Origin: Chloroflexota bacterium
GTDB taxonomy: Bacteria; Chloroflexota; Limnocylindria; QHBO01
NCBI GenBank assembly: GCA_025699005.1
Contig: JAILWI010000001.1
Location: 780,908-844,907, forward strand
Direction of reading: 5' to 3'
Length of the DNA stretch: 64,000 bases
The notes under the pieces are model-generated. The model made no database searches, was not told the DNA's origin, and saw only the letters and a list, made by a program, of their open reading frames with translations. Below, in pieces: positions 34,873 through 44,430 of the stretch. Positions within the stretch are counted from its first letter, which is position 1. The number at the start of each line of letters is the position of its first letter. The translations under genes and the position numbers were made by a program.

Positions 34873-34922
34873 GCAACTTCGGCGCCTGCGACCGAGGAGG
34901 CCGCACGCGCCCGGGCGTCGTC

Positions 34923-35186
34923 CTAGGGCCGCGAGCGCTTCCCGACGCGCTCGTTGCCGCGCTTGAAGTTCCCGGTGGCGCGAGCCATGAGCTGTTGGAG
35001 TGCTCCGTCATCGGCAGCGGATGCTCGATCGAGGAACTGCTGCGCGCGCTGGCCGCGCAGCAGTGTGACCGGAGCCTCGTGGTAGAGGATCACCACGGTC
35101 CCGTCCGCTCGCTGAAGCCAGCGGAAGGGTCGATCGGCAGGCGGATCCGGCTCGGGCACGCTCGAACGATACGTCGCGGACGCCAC
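34923..35186 (-). CDS. Small hypothetical protein (GTG start inferred)
   Basis: The C-terminal part of the 159-aa ORF (..PFRWLQRADGTVVILYHEAPVTLLRGQRAQQFLDRAS..) has coding-like composition. The upstream part would overlap the divergent LLM gene, so I place a GTG start at 35186. Confidence 0.3.
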   Translation of the reverse strand: MASATYRSSVPEPDPPADRPFRWLQRADGTVVILYHEAPVTLLRGQRAQQFLDRASAADDGALQQLMARATGNFKRGNERVGKRSRP

Positions 35187-35245
35187 TGCGGTTGCCTGCC
35201 GCTGCCACGACTCATGCGTCGCTCCCGCGGTGCGAGAATCGCGCG

Positions 35246-36148
35246 ATGAAGGTCGGTGTCCAGCTTCCCGAGGTCGAGCGCGTCGTGCCCTGGGCCGAGA
35301 TGGTCGAGATGGCGCGTATCGCGGAGGCGATCGGCCTCGACTCGATCTGGGTCGGGGATCACCTCCTCTACCGCGATGACGGCAAGCCGGCGCGCGGTCC
35401 ATGGGAGGCGTGGACGCTGCTCGCGGCGCTCGCGGCGGTCACCGAGCGCGTCGAGATCGGCCCGCTCGTGGCGTCGACGAGCTTTCACAACCCCGCGATG
35501 CTGGCAAAGAAGGCGGCGACGATCGAGGAGCTCAGCGGCGGACGCCTGATCCTCGGCCTCGGGGCCGGCTGGAACCGTACCGAGTACGACGCCTTCGGCT
35601 TCCCGTTCGACCATCGTGTCGGGCGATTCGAGGAGGCCTTCACGATCATCCGTGAGCTGCTCGCGACCGGCCGCAGCGACGTGCGGGGCCGCTACCACGC
35701 CGTGGAGCGCGCGGAGCTCCTGCCGATGGGACCGCGCCCGGGCGGGCCGCCGCTCATGGTCGGATCGATCGGGGAGCGGATGCTCCGCATCACGCTCCCG
35801 CACGTCGCCTCCTGGAACGCGTGGGGCGCGTGGTTCGGCAACTCGCTCGACGGGTACCTGCCGCTCCGCGAGCGGATCGATGCCGCCTGCCGCGACGTGG
35901 GTCGCGATCCCGCCTCCCTCGAGCGCACGCTCGCCCTGATCGTCGCCTTCCCCGGCGCCCTCGGCCGCGGATCGTCCGTGTCGGACGACGCCTTCGCGCC
36001 GCTCGACGGCGAGCCGAGCGAGCTCGCCGCGACGCTCCGATCGTTCGCCGATGCGAGCGTGGGACACGTCCAGCTCGTGCTCGATCCGATCACGGTCGAC
36101 ACGGTTGCCGCGCTCGAGCCGACCCTGGCGATGCTCCGTGGCGGATGA
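35246..36148 (+). CDS. LLM-class F420-dependent (luciferase-like) oxidoreductase
   Basis: MKVGVQLPEVERVVPWAEMVEMARIAEAIGLDSIWVGDHLLYR...LILGLGAGW is the typical LLM N-terminus. Confidence 0.8.
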   Translation: MKVGVQLPEVERVVPWAEMVEMARIAEAIGLDSIWVGDHLLYRDDGKPARGPWEAWTLLAALAAVTERVEIGPLVASTSFHNPAMLAKKAATIEELSGGRLILGLGAGWNRTEYDAFGFPFDHRVGRFEEAFTIIRELLATGRSDVRGRYHAVERAELLPMGPRPGGPPLMVGSIGERMLRITLPHVASWNAWGAWFGNSLDGYLPLRERIDAACRDVGRDPASLERTLALIVAFPGALGRGSSVSDDAFAPLDGEPSELAATLRSFADASVGHVQLVLDPITVDTVAALEPTLAMLRGG

Positions 36149-36176
36149 GACCGGACCGGCTGATACCATCGCCACC

Positions 36177-36587
36177 ATGAGCAACGGCGGCCCGATCGAA
36201 CCCGCGGCGCTCGTCATCGGCCGGTCGGGGCGGCTCGAGGCCGCGTCGCTCGAGGCAGGCGGTGACCACGCGATCCTCGTGCGCGAGACGGGCGGCGACG
36301 GGCGTCACCGCGCGCTCATCACGACCGACAAGCTGCCCACCGGGGAGCGGCTGGTGGTCATGCCGCTCGACGAGGACGTCGACGTGCGGGTGGACGGCGA
36401 TGCGCTCGCCATCTGGCTCGGGCGCGGGTTGACCGGCGAGGTGCCACCCCAGCATCGGGCCGTCGTGGCCGAGCAGGTACCGCCCTGGGCGACCATCGTG
36501 GGCGGCACGCTGCTCATCCTCGTCCTTCTCTTCGCGGTCGTGGGATCGGCGGTCGTCTTCACCTGGCTGACGAGGCTGCTGGCGTGA
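36177..36587 (+). CDS. Hypothetical protein with C-terminal TM anchor
   Basis: MSNGGPIEP... ends in the TM helix WATIVGGTLLILVLLFAVVGSAVVFTWL. First gene of a four-gene co-directional unit. Confidence 0.45.
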   Translation: MSNGGPIEPAALVIGRSGRLEAASLEAGGDHAILVRETGGDGRHRALITTDKLPTGERLVVMPLDEDVDVRVDGDALAIWLGRGLTGEVPPQHRAVVAEQVPPWATIVGGTLLILVLLFAVVGSAVVFTWLTRLLA

Positions 36588-36886
36588 CGCAGAGCAGGAT
36601 CGGCTCGCCGACGACCGGCCTCGTCGCCATGCGGCTCGCGGTCGAGTTCGGCGGTCCCGATGACTTCGCCGAGTCGTTCGCGGGCGCGCTCGAGCGCGGT
36701 GGATCGCTCGGTGCCACCTTCGTCGCGGCGCTCGATCGCGGAGATCTGAGCATCCACCTGCCGCACGAGGACGGACCCTGCTGGAACTCGGTCCCGCTGT
36801 TCCACCTCCATCCCGGGGAGCAGCCGACCGACGACGACTGGGCCGTGACGAGCTCGATCCTCGAGAAGCTGGAACGGTACCGCTGA
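36584..36886 (+). CDS. Hypothetical protein (100 aa)
   Basis: GTG start overlaps the upstream stop (GTGA). It ends 1 nt before the peptidase ATG. Confidence 0.45.
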   Translation: MTQSRIGSPTTGLVAMRLAVEFGGPDDFAESFAGALERGGSLGATFVAALDRGDLSIHLPHEDGPCWNSVPLFHLHPGEQPTDDDWAVTSSILEKLERYR

Positions 36887-36887
36887 C

Positions 36888-37736
36888 ATGCGGATCTACA
36901 TCTCCGTCGACATGGAGGGCCTGGCGGGCGTCGCTCATCCCCACCAGGTGACGTTCGGGCCGAACGGTCCGGACCGGGCGGACTACGACCGCAGCCGGGC
37001 GCTCATGGCAGGTGAGGCGAACGCGGCCATCGCCGCCGCCTTCGATGCCGGCGCGGACGAGGTCGTCGTCAACGACAGCCACTGGTCGATGCGGAACCTG
37101 AGGGCCGAGGATCTCGACCCTCGCGCGCGCCTGATCGTCGGGGACAAGCCGCTCAGCATGACCCAGGGCATCGGCGAAGCCGGCGACGGTGCGTTCGATG
37201 CCGCGTGCTTCATCGGCTACCACGCGGGTGCCGGCCACCCGACCGGCGTGATCGCGCACACCTACTCCTCGGCGACGATCATGGAGGTGAGGGTGAACGG
37301 CGTGCCGCACAACGAGGCCGGCCTCAATGCCATGCGGGTCGGCCATCACGGCGTGCCGGTGGCCCTCGTGGCCGGCGACGATGCGCTCGCGGGCGAGGTC
37401 GAGCTCCTGCTCCCGTGGGCCGAGCGAGTCGTCGTGAAGCGCGCGCTCGGTTACTCCCTCGCCGAGTCGCTGAGCCCGGAGGCCGCCCGCCAGGCCATCG
37501 GCGAAGGCGTGCAACGCGCGCTCGACCGCCTGGACGAGCTGCGTCTCCTCGAGCCGGCGCTGCCGGCCGTCGTCGAGGTCGACTTCCGGTTCCCCGCGCA
37601 CGCTGCCTTCGCCGCGGTCCTGCCCGGCGCGGAGCGCTCCGGTCCGCGCAGCGTGCGCATCGAGGCGGAGGACGGCGAGGCGGCGTTCCGGCGTTTCCTC
37701 GCGCTCCACCGCATGGCCGCCGCCTCGGGTCTCTGA
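36888..37736 (+). CDS. M55 family metallopeptidase (D-aminopeptidase DppA-like)
   Basis: MRIYISVDMEGLAGV...VVVNDSHWSMRNL...GYHAGAGHPTGVIAHTY are the DppA signature regions. Confidence 0.8.
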   Translation: MRIYISVDMEGLAGVAHPHQVTFGPNGPDRADYDRSRALMAGEANAAIAAAFDAGADEVVVNDSHWSMRNLRAEDLDPRARLIVGDKPLSMTQGIGEAGDGAFDAACFIGYHAGAGHPTGVIAHTYSSATIMEVRVNGVPHNEAGLNAMRVGHHGVPVALVAGDDALAGEVELLLPWAERVVVKRALGYSLAESLSPEAARQAIGEGVQRALDRLDELRLLEPALPAVVEVDFRFPAHAAFAAVLPGAERSGPRSVRIEAEDGEAAFRRFLALHRMAAASGL

Positions 37737-37741
37737 TCGGC

Positions 37742-38239
37742 ATGGACGAGGTCGAGCGACGCCGGCTCCGCGACCTCATGGCGCGCTTCGCCACCGGTGT
37801 CAGCGTCGTGGCCGCTCGTCACGGCCCGTTGCTGGCCGGGATGACGGCGAACGCCGTCGCATCGATCAGCATCGACCCGCCGCTCATGATGGCGAGCGTC
37901 GCCCGCAAGGCCGAGACGCACGGCGCGATCATCGGCTCACACGCCTTCGCCATCAGCATCCTGGCCGATGACCAGCAGGACCTGGCCGAGTGCTTCGCTC
38001 GGCCCACGACCGCGGAGAAGCTCACCGGGTTCTGCGGCGCGTCCTGGGAGGAGGCCGAGACGGGCTCGCCCGTGCTCGAGGGGGCGCTGGCCTTTTTCGA
38101 CTGCAGGCTCACGGCACGCCACGACGGCGGAGATCACACGATCTTCATCGGCGAGATCGTGGCGGCCGGGTATCGCGAGGATGCCGAGCCGCTGCTGTGG
38201 TACGCCTCCGCCTACCGCCGCTTCGAGGCCTCGAGCTGA
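37742..38239 (+). CDS. Flavin reductase family protein (HpaC/NADH:FMN oxidoreductase-like)
   Basis: FATGVSVVAARHGPLLAGMTANAVASISIDPPLMMASV...DCRLTARHDGGDHTIFIGEIV. It starts 5 nt after the peptidase stop. Confidence 0.8.
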   Translation: MDEVERRRLRDLMARFATGVSVVAARHGPLLAGMTANAVASISIDPPLMMASVARKAETHGAIIGSHAFAISILADDQQDLAECFARPTTAEKLTGFCGASWEEAETGSPVLEGALAFFDCRLTARHDGGDHTIFIGEIVAAGYREDAEPLLWYASAYRRFEASS

Positions 38240-38243
38240 TCGC

Positions 38244-39842
38244 TCACGCGCCCGATGCGCGGGTCCGGTCGCCGAGGATCTGACCGGCCGCCAGCCGGCC
38301 GGGCGCGCCCATGACGCAGCCACCCGGATGCGTTCCCGAGCCGCACTGGTAGTAGCCGGCGATCGGCGTCCGGTACTGGGACCAGCCGGGCGCGGGCCGG
38401 AAGAAGAACATCTGCGGCGCAAGGAACTCGCCGGCGAAGATGTTGCCCTCCGACAGGCCGACGGTGCGCTCGATGTCGAGCGGTGTCTGGACCTCGCGCT
38501 GGAGGACCAGGGCCCCGAACCCGGGGAAGTGGCTCTCGAGCGTGGCCTGCACCCGGTCGGCCATCGGCTCACGCTGCGCCTCCCAGTCGCTCTCGCGGAG
38601 CTCGTACGGGGTGTACTGCACGAAGCACGACAGCACGTGCTTGCCGGGCGGTGCCATGTCGGGGTCGATCGTCGACTGGATCGCGCAGTCGATGTAGGGG
38701 TGCTCGCTGTACCAGCCGTACTTGGCATCGTCGAAGGCGCGCTCGAGGTAGTCCATCGACGGGCCGATGTTCATGAAGCCGCGATACAGGTCGGGCCGCG
38801 CGCCGAGCACCGGATGCGTCGGGAGCTCGTCGAGCGCGAAGTTCACCTTCGAGCTCACGCCACGGAACTTCAGGCGCCGGATGTCCTCGACGAGGTCGTC
38901 GGGCAGCTCGCGCGGCTCGACGAGCTCGAGGAATGTCCGGCGGGGGTCGAGCGCGCTGACGACCACCTCGGCGGCGATCTCGGTCCCGTCTGCCAGGGCG
39001 ACCCCGGTCGCCTCACCGTCGCGCGTCAGCACGCGCTCGACGGGGGCCTCGAGCCGGATCTCCGCGCCGAACGCCTCCGCGGCCCGGGCCAGCACCTGGG
39101 TGAAGCCGCCGTTGCCGCCCTTGTGGAACGCCCAGGCCCCGAACTCGCCGTCGTGCTCGCCCAGGGAGTGGAACAGCAGGACCAGGCCGCTCCCCTGTGA
39201 GCGCGGGCCGACCTTGGAGCCGATGATCGACGAGGAGGCGAGGTAGCCCTTGAGCAGCGGAGACTCGAAGTAGTCGTCGAGGAAGTCCGCGGCGCTGCCG
39301 GTGAGGAGCCGAACGGCGTTGTGCAGCGTGCGCTTGTCGAGCCCGCGCAGCCGTGAACCGAGCGCGGCCATCGCCACGAGCTCCTCGGGATCGTCGCTGA
39401 AGAGGTTCGGCGGCACGCTGTCGAGCAGCGGCTTGACCGCCTGGCAGACGCGATCGAGGTCGTGGCTGTACTGCTCGTACGCATCGGCGTCGTGGGGTGA
39501 GAGGCGAGCGATCTCGCGCAGCGTCTCGTCGTGGTCGCGGTTGAAGAGCAGGTACTCGCCGTCCTCGCCGGGAGCGAATCGCGTCGACATGAGCAGCGGG
39601 AGGAAGCCGTGCTTCGTGAGCTCGAGCTCCTGGATGATCTGCGGCCGCAGGAGCGACAGCGCGTAGCTGAAGGTGGTGAACTGGAAGCCCGGGCGCAGCT
39701 CCTCGGTGATCGCCGCGCCCCCGACCATCGGCCGGCGCTCGAGGATGAGCGTCTTCAGCCCCGCCCGGGCCAGGTAGGCACCGTTGACGAGGCCGTTGTG
39801 CCCGCCGCCAACCACGATCGCGTCGTATCGGTCCATGCTCAT
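38244..39842 (-). CDS. Phytoene-desaturase-family NAD(P)/FAD-dependent oxidoreductase (CrtI-like)
   Basis: N-terminal YDAIVVGGGHNGLVNGAYLARAGLKTLILERR dinucleotide fold. 532 aa, with CrtI-like length and conservation. Confidence 0.8.
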   Translation of the reverse strand: MSMDRYDAIVVGGGHNGLVNGAYLARAGLKTLILERRPMVGGAAITEELRPGFQFTTFSYALSLLRPQIIQELELTKHGFLPLLMSTRFAPGEDGEYLLFNRDHDETLREIARLSPHDADAYEQYSHDLDRVCQAVKPLLDSVPPNLFSDDPEELVAMAALGSRLRGLDKRTLHNAVRLLTGSAADFLDDYFESPLLKGYLASSSIIGSKVGPRSQGSGLVLLFHSLGEHDGEFGAWAFHKGGNGGFTQVLARAAEAFGAEIRLEAPVERVLTRDGEATGVALADGTEIAAEVVVSALDPRRTFLELVEPRELPDDLVEDIRRLKFRGVSSKVNFALDELPTHPVLGARPDLYRGFMNIGPSMDYLERAFDDAKYGWYSEHPYIDCAIQSTIDPDMAPPGKHVLSCFVQYTPYELRESDWEAQREPMADRVQATLESHFPGFGALVLQREVQTPLDIERTVGLSEGNIFAGEFLAPQMFFFRPAPGWSQYRTPIAGYYQCGSGTHPGGCVMGAPGRLAAGQILGDRTRASGA

Positions 39843-39849
39843 CGGTCCT

Positions 39850-41049
39850 TCAGGCTGTCTTGCGTGGCGGGTTGTAAAGCGGGAGGCGGGCGACGTGCGC
39901 CGCCACCTGCTCGTAATGGTGGTCCACCGTGAACTCGAGGAAGACGCGCGTGCCGGGCTTCGCCAGGTCGGGTCGCACCCGCGCCATCGCGATGTGCCGC
40001 TGGAGCACGGGCGAGTACATGATGCTCGTCGCGTAGCCCACGCGAGACCGATCGGCGTCGTAGACCATCCAGTCCTCGTGGACCGGGCGATGATCCTTGG
40101 GCGGGATCAGGCCGGCGCTGCTGTACACCCGGTCGTAGTCCTCCCAGTCGACCACCAGGCCGACCATCCTCCAGCGCGACGTCTTCTCGGCTCGCTCGCG
40201 CTCGAGCGCCCGGCGGCCGATGAACGGGCGGTCGTCGTCCTCGAGCCCCTTGAACATCCACGCCCAGCCGAGCTCGAGCGGCGTGGACCGGTGCGCGTCG
40301 TTGAACGCGAAGCGGCTCGAGTCGAAGTCGGCGCCGAGCAGGAGCAGGCCGGCCTCGATGCGAAGCATGTAGAGCGCGTCCATGCCGTACGCGAGCACCC
40401 CGTACCCCTCCGCCGCGTCCCATACGCCATCCCACACGGCAACGGCGTCGGGGGCCTCGACCCAGACCTCGTAGCCGAGGTCGCCGGTGTATCCGGTGCG
40501 CGTCACCGTCACTGGCCGCCCCGCGATGGTGCCGGAAGTGATCCCGAAGAACGGCAGCTCGCCGACCGATGGAACGAGGCGAGACAGGAGCTCGCGTGAG
40601 CGAGGACCCTGGACCGCCAGCGCGCCGATGTCGAGGCTGACCTCCTCGATCGTCACCGCCAGCCGGCCCACGCGATCCGCGAACCAGGCGAGATTCGGCT
40701 CGGCGCAGGTGAGGAGGAACTCGTCCGGCGCGCGATGCTGGATCACCCCGTCCTCCAGCACGAACCCGCGATCGTCCAGCCAGGTCGTGTACTGGGCGAG
40801 CCCGGGCGGGCAGGTCCGGATGTCGCGTGCCAGCATCCCGGACAGGAACCGCTCGCTGTCACGTCCGGCGATCCGATACTTGTAGAGCGGCGACGTGTCG
40901 AAGATGCCGGCGCTGTTGCGGACGGCGAAGTACTCGAACTTGTCCGATGCCTGGTATCGGGTCGCCACGAGATGCCCGGACCAGTGCTGCCACAGGCCGG
41001 TCTCGTTCAGCGCGCTGGTCCGTTCATGGAACGGCGTGGTCCGGATCAT
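39850..41049 (-). CDS. Aminomethyltransferase, GcvT family (glycine-cleavage T-protein fold)
   Basis: TSPLYKYRIAGRDSERFLSGMLARDI...GYTGDLGYEVWV...GLVVDWEDY are the conserved GcvT/DmdA-family blocks. Confidence 0.8.
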   Translation of the reverse strand: MIRTTPFHERTSALNETGLWQHWSGHLVATRYQASDKFEYFAVRNSAGIFDTSPLYKYRIAGRDSERFLSGMLARDIRTCPPGLAQYTTWLDDRGFVLEDGVIQHRAPDEFLLTCAEPNLAWFADRVGRLAVTIEEVSLDIGALAVQGPRSRELLSRLVPSVGELPFFGITSGTIAGRPVTVTRTGYTGDLGYEVWVEAPDAVAVWDGVWDAAEGYGVLAYGMDALYMLRIEAGLLLLGADFDSSRFAFNDAHRSTPLELGWAWMFKGLEDDDRPFIGRRALERERAEKTSRWRMVGLVVDWEDYDRVYSSAGLIPPKDHRPVHEDWMVYDADRSRVGYATSIMYSPVLQRHIAMARVRPDLAKPGTRVFLEFTVDHHYEQVAAHVARLPLYNPPRKTA

Positions 41050-41119
41050 CGGTGCTCGGGTATGGCCTCCGTCACGGTCGGGCCGAGAGCATATCGGCTG
41101 CGCGCGACGGAGGAGAGAC

Positions 41120-41494
41120 TCAGGACGCGGCGCGCTGGAGCTCGCCCTCGACGGCGGCCACGAGATCGTTGAAGTCGAAGGGCTTGCGGACCACGGGCGC
41201 GAGGGCGGACAGCCGGTCGGCCTCCTCGTCGTCGATGGCCGTCACGAAGAGCACGGGAATGTCGCGGTACTGCGGCCGCTCGCGCAGCGAGTGAAGGATG
41301 GTCGAGCCGAACTCGTCCGGCAGTCTCTGGTCGAGCAGGAGGAGGTCCGGCATCGCTCCCTCCTCGACGAGGGCCAGGTACAGCTCTTCTGCGTTGCCGA
41401 AGCCTCGGACGGTGTAGCCGACCTCCGTCAGGACAGCCAGGACCGCGGTGCGGATCAGGGGCTCGTCATCGACGATCCAGACGGTGTGCGCCAT
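41120..41494 (-). CDS. Single-domain response regulator (CheY-like receiver)
   Basis: VWIVDDEPLIRTAVLAVLTEVGYTV...LLLLDQRLPD...VLFVTAIDDE...RKPFDFNDLVAAV. Confidence 0.75.
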   Translation of the reverse strand: MAHTVWIVDDEPLIRTAVLAVLTEVGYTVRGFGNAEELYLALVEEGAMPDLLLLDQRLPDEFGSTILHSLRERPQYRDIPVLFVTAIDDEEADRLSALAPVVRKPFDFNDLVAAVEGELQRAAS

Positions 41495-41510
41495 GTGTCG
41501 CTCTCCTTCG

Positions 41511-42821
41511 TCAGGCTCCGATGGCCTCGAGCGACTCCCCGATCACCCGGAGCGCAAGGTCCACCTCGTCGTCGGTGGTCACGAGCGGCGGAATGATACG
41601 CACCGCCTGCCCGTACGTGCCGCACGTCAGGAGCAGCACGTTCCTTGCCATGGCCGCGGCGATGAGCGCCTTCGCCAGGTCGGGCCGCGGCGTCACTGCG
41701 CCGGGCTCCGTGAACTCGATGGCCAGCATGCAGCCGCGGCCTCGCACTTCTGCGACGTGCGGGTGCCGCTCGGCGGTGGCACGCAGCTCGGACAGCATCC
41801 GGTCGCCGACCACACCGGCCCGCTCCGGGAGCCGTTCGTCATCCATCACATCGAGCGTCGCGAGCGCCGCGGCACAGGCCACGGCATTCCCGCCGTACGT
41901 GCCGCCGTGCGACCCGGGCAGGAGCTTCTCGAGGAGCTGTCGCGGCGCGAGGATCCCGGAGAGCGGGAGGCCGGACGCGATGCCCTTGGCCATGATCACG
42001 ATGTCCGGCCGCGCGTCCGACCATTCCGTCGCGAAGAAGCGGCCGGTGCGACCGTAGCCCGACTGCACCTCGTCCACGGCGAGAAGGATCCCGTGCCGGT
42101 CGGCGACCTCGCGGAGCGCCGCCAGGAAGCCCTCCGGAGGCACGACATACCCGCCCTCACCGAGGACCGGCTCGACCACGACCGCCGCCACGTCCTCCGG
42201 CGCGACGACGGTCGCGAACAGTTCGTCGATCGCCGCCATCGTCGTGGCGAGGGCAGCCGTCTCGCCGCCCATGCGAAGTGGATACGGATACGGGGCCACG
42301 TGGATGCCGGGGAGCAGGGGATCGAAGTGCGAGCGGTACTTCACGCTCGAGGTCGTGAGCGACATCGCTCCGTGGGTGCGGCCGTGGAAACCGCCGCGGA
42401 ACACGAGGAACGCGGTCCGGCCGGTCGCGATCTTCGCCAGCTTCATCGTGGCCTCGACCGCCTCGGCACCCGAGTTCGACAGGAAGAGGCCGATCTCGGT
42501 GCCCGGGTCCGCGTTCGGGAAGCGCTGCGGCAGCCGTCGGTGAAGCTCGAGGCCGGGCTGGTGATAGACGATGTTCTGCTGGAGGTGGATGCCGCGTGCG
42601 GCCTGCTCCGCGATCGCGGCGACGACCCGCGGGTGGGCATGCCCGGTGTTCGTCACGCCGATGCCGCAGGTGTAGTCGAGATACCGCTCACCCTCGGGTG
42701 TCTCGAGCCACGAGCCTGAGGCGCGTTCGACGACCAGGTCGGTGTACCGCGCCCACACGGGCGGGACGCCCGTGCGCAGCGCGTTCCAGTCGGTCAGAAC
42801 GTCGGTGGAGTGTTGATCCAT
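41511..42821 (-). CDS. Class-III (aspartate aminotransferase superfamily) aminotransferase, GabT/putrescine-aminotransferase-like
   Basis: Start is at MDQHSTDVL (ATG 42821, preceded by GGAGAG). The PLP-lysine region is LAVDEVQSGYGRTGRFFATEW...IVIMAKGIASGLPLS. It overlaps the upstream regulator gene by 28 nt. Confidence 0.85.
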   Translation of the reverse strand: MDQHSTDVLTDWNALRTGVPPVWARYTDLVVERASGSWLETPEGERYLDYTCGIGVTNTGHAHPRVVAAIAEQAARGIHLQQNIVYHQPGLELHRRLPQRFPNADPGTEIGLFLSNSGAEAVEATMKLAKIATGRTAFLVFRGGFHGRTHGAMSLTTSSVKYRSHFDPLLPGIHVAPYPYPLRMGGETAALATTMAAIDELFATVVAPEDVAAVVVEPVLGEGGYVVPPEGFLAALREVADRHGILLAVDEVQSGYGRTGRFFATEWSDARPDIVIMAKGIASGLPLSGILAPRQLLEKLLPGSHGGTYGGNAVACAAALATLDVMDDERLPERAGVVGDRMLSELRATAERHPHVAEVRGRGCMLAIEFTEPGAVTPRPDLAKALIAAAMARNVLLLTCGTYGQAVRIIPPLVTTDDEVDLALRVIGESLEAIGA

Positions 42822-43576
42822 AGCAGTCGAGACTCTCCTGCGGCGTCGTTGCGCCAGCGGTGCGGCATGGTGGACGGGAAGCTGAGGGCATCGCCCTCGT
42901 TCGTGAGCCGATGACACTCTCGATCGCCGACCCAGACGGTCACGGCGCCGGAGAGCAGGTAGAGGAACTCCTCCCCCTCGTGGGCGTAGGCACCGTCACT
43001 CGTGGCGCCAGGGCCGAGCACGAAGAGCTGGGGCTCGAGCTGCGTCGCGTCGCGGGCGAGCTGCTCGATGCGCACGTCGCCGCCGGCGAGGTCGAGCACC
43101 GTGCGGGCGTCGGCACGCACCACGCGCTCGGCCGGCGACGCCTTGCCGCCGCCGAACAGGTGGAGCATCGTCGTGCCGTACGCAGCCGTCAGGCGCTGGA
43201 GCGTTGCGACGCTCGCGCCGGAGACGCCGCGCTCGAGCGCGGACAGGAAGCTGACCGACAGCCCGGAGCGGCTCGCCGCCTCTCGGAGGCTGAGCCGGCT
43301 CCGCGTGCGCAATCGACGGAGCATCCGGCCGTCGACCGTGCCGTCTTGGTGCCCGCTGCCGAGCCGCTCGCCGAGCATCCGGCGAATTCCCGGCGCGTTG
43401 ACCTGCTCCTCCTGGCGCATGCGGCGCACGTCGCGCAGGTGCTCGATGTCCGCATCGGAGTAGAGCCGATAGCGTCCCTCGGATCGCGAGGGCCGAACGA
43501 GCCCCTGTCGTTCCCACAGCCTGAGGGCCGAGGGGCTGACGCCGACCTGTCGAGCGGCCTCGCCGATGCGGTGCAT
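42794..43576 (-). CDS. Three-module transcriptional regulator: MerR-type HTH + XRE-type HTH + C-terminal cupin (PuuR-like sensor)
   Basis: MHRIGEAARQVGVSPSALRLWERQGLVRPSRSEGRYRLY is the MerR HTH. LREAASRSGLSVSFLSALERGVSGASVATLQRL is the XRE HTH. FLYLLSGAVTVWVGDRECHRLTNEGDALSF is the cupin. Confidence 0.7.
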   Translation of the reverse strand: MHRIGEAARQVGVSPSALRLWERQGLVRPSRSEGRYRLYSDADIEHLRDVRRMRQEEQVNAPGIRRMLGERLGSGHQDGTVDGRMLRRLRTRSRLSLREAASRSGLSVSFLSALERGVSGASVATLQRLTAAYGTTMLHLFGGGKASPAERVVRADARTVLDLAGGDVRIEQLARDATQLEPQLFVLGPGATSDGAYAHEGEEFLYLLSGAVTVWVGDRECHRLTNEGDALSFPSTMPHRWRNDAAGESRLLWINTPPTF

Positions 43577-44430
43577 CAGCGCTCCAGCGTGGTGGGGCGC
43601 GCGCTCATGTCGCGTCGCTGGAGGTAGACCCACAGGACGATGCCGACGATCGCGATGAGGAAGATGATCGTGCCCATCACGTTGACCTGCGGCGGGACGC
43701 CGATGCGGGAGGCGCCGTAGACCCACAGCGGGAAGGTGAGCGTCTGGGCCCCGGCCGTGAACTGGGTGATCACGAAGTCGTCGATCGACAGCGCGAACGC
43801 CAGGAGCCCGGCGGCCAGGATGCCCGGGAAGATGAGAGGCAGCGTGATCTTGCGGAACGTCGTCCACTCGTCGGCGCCGAGGTCCATGGCGGCCTCCTCG
43901 AGATGCCGGTCGAAGCCGGCGATCCGGGCGCGGACCGTGACCACCACGAAGCTGACGTTGAACATGATGTGGGCCACGATGATCGTGGCGAGTCCCAGCG
44001 GCGCGGCGACCGAGACGAAGAGCGCGAGGAGCGAGGCCCCGAGGACGATCTCCGGCGTCGCGATCGGCAGGAAGATCAGGAGGTTCAGCGGCCCGCGGCC
44101 GCGGAACTCGTAGCGCGTCAGCGCCAGGCCGATGAGCGTGCCGAGGGTCGTCGCCACCACGGTGGCCACGACCGCCACGGTCAGGCTGTTGATCAGTGCC
44201 TGGTTCAGCGCGGGGTAGCGGCCGAAGACGTTGCCCCAGTGCTCGAGCGTGAAGCCCTGCCACGCGAAGTTGAAGCGCCCCTGGATGTCGTTGAAGCCGA
44301 AGAGGATCATCACCAGGATCGGCAGCGACAGGTAGGCCACCACCAGGCCGGTGTAGGCCGGGAGGATGGCGCGGCGGACCCGCTGCCCGGCGGGGCGGGT
44401 GCGGTCGGGCAGGGGAGCGGCGTGCGCCAT
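43576..44430 (-). CDS. potC: ABC transporter permease (spermidine/putrescine PotC-like)
   Basis: Six TM helices with the EAA-loop region DEWTTFRKITLPLIFPGILAAG. Its stop overlaps the regulator ATG (TGATG). Confidence 0.85.
   Translation of the reverse strand: MAHAAPLPDRTRPAGQRVRRAILPAYTGLVVAYLSLPILVMILFGFNDIQGRFNFAWQGFTLEHWGNVFGRYPALNQALINSLTVAVVATVVATTLGTLIGLALTRYEFRGRGPLNLLIFLPIATPEIVLGASLLALFVSVAAPLGLATIIVAHIMFNVSFVVVTVRARIAGFDRHLEEAAMDLGADEWTTFRKITLPLIFPGILAAGLLAFALSIDDFVITQFTAGAQTLTFPLWVYGASRIGVPPQVNVMGTIIFLIAIVGIVLWVYLQRRDMSARPTTLER

Noticed and set aside
34923-35402. Full 159-aa minus ORF as annotated in the track
   Set aside because: The first ~70 codons are Arg/Pro-rich and would overlap the divergent LLM oxidoreductase start. 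Only the distal ~87 codons, from an internal GTG, are kept, at low confidence.
36090-37709. 539-aa minus-strand ORF
   Set aside because: Antisense to the four-gene peptidase/flavin-reductase unit. The sense frames have clear M55 and flavin-reductase signatures.
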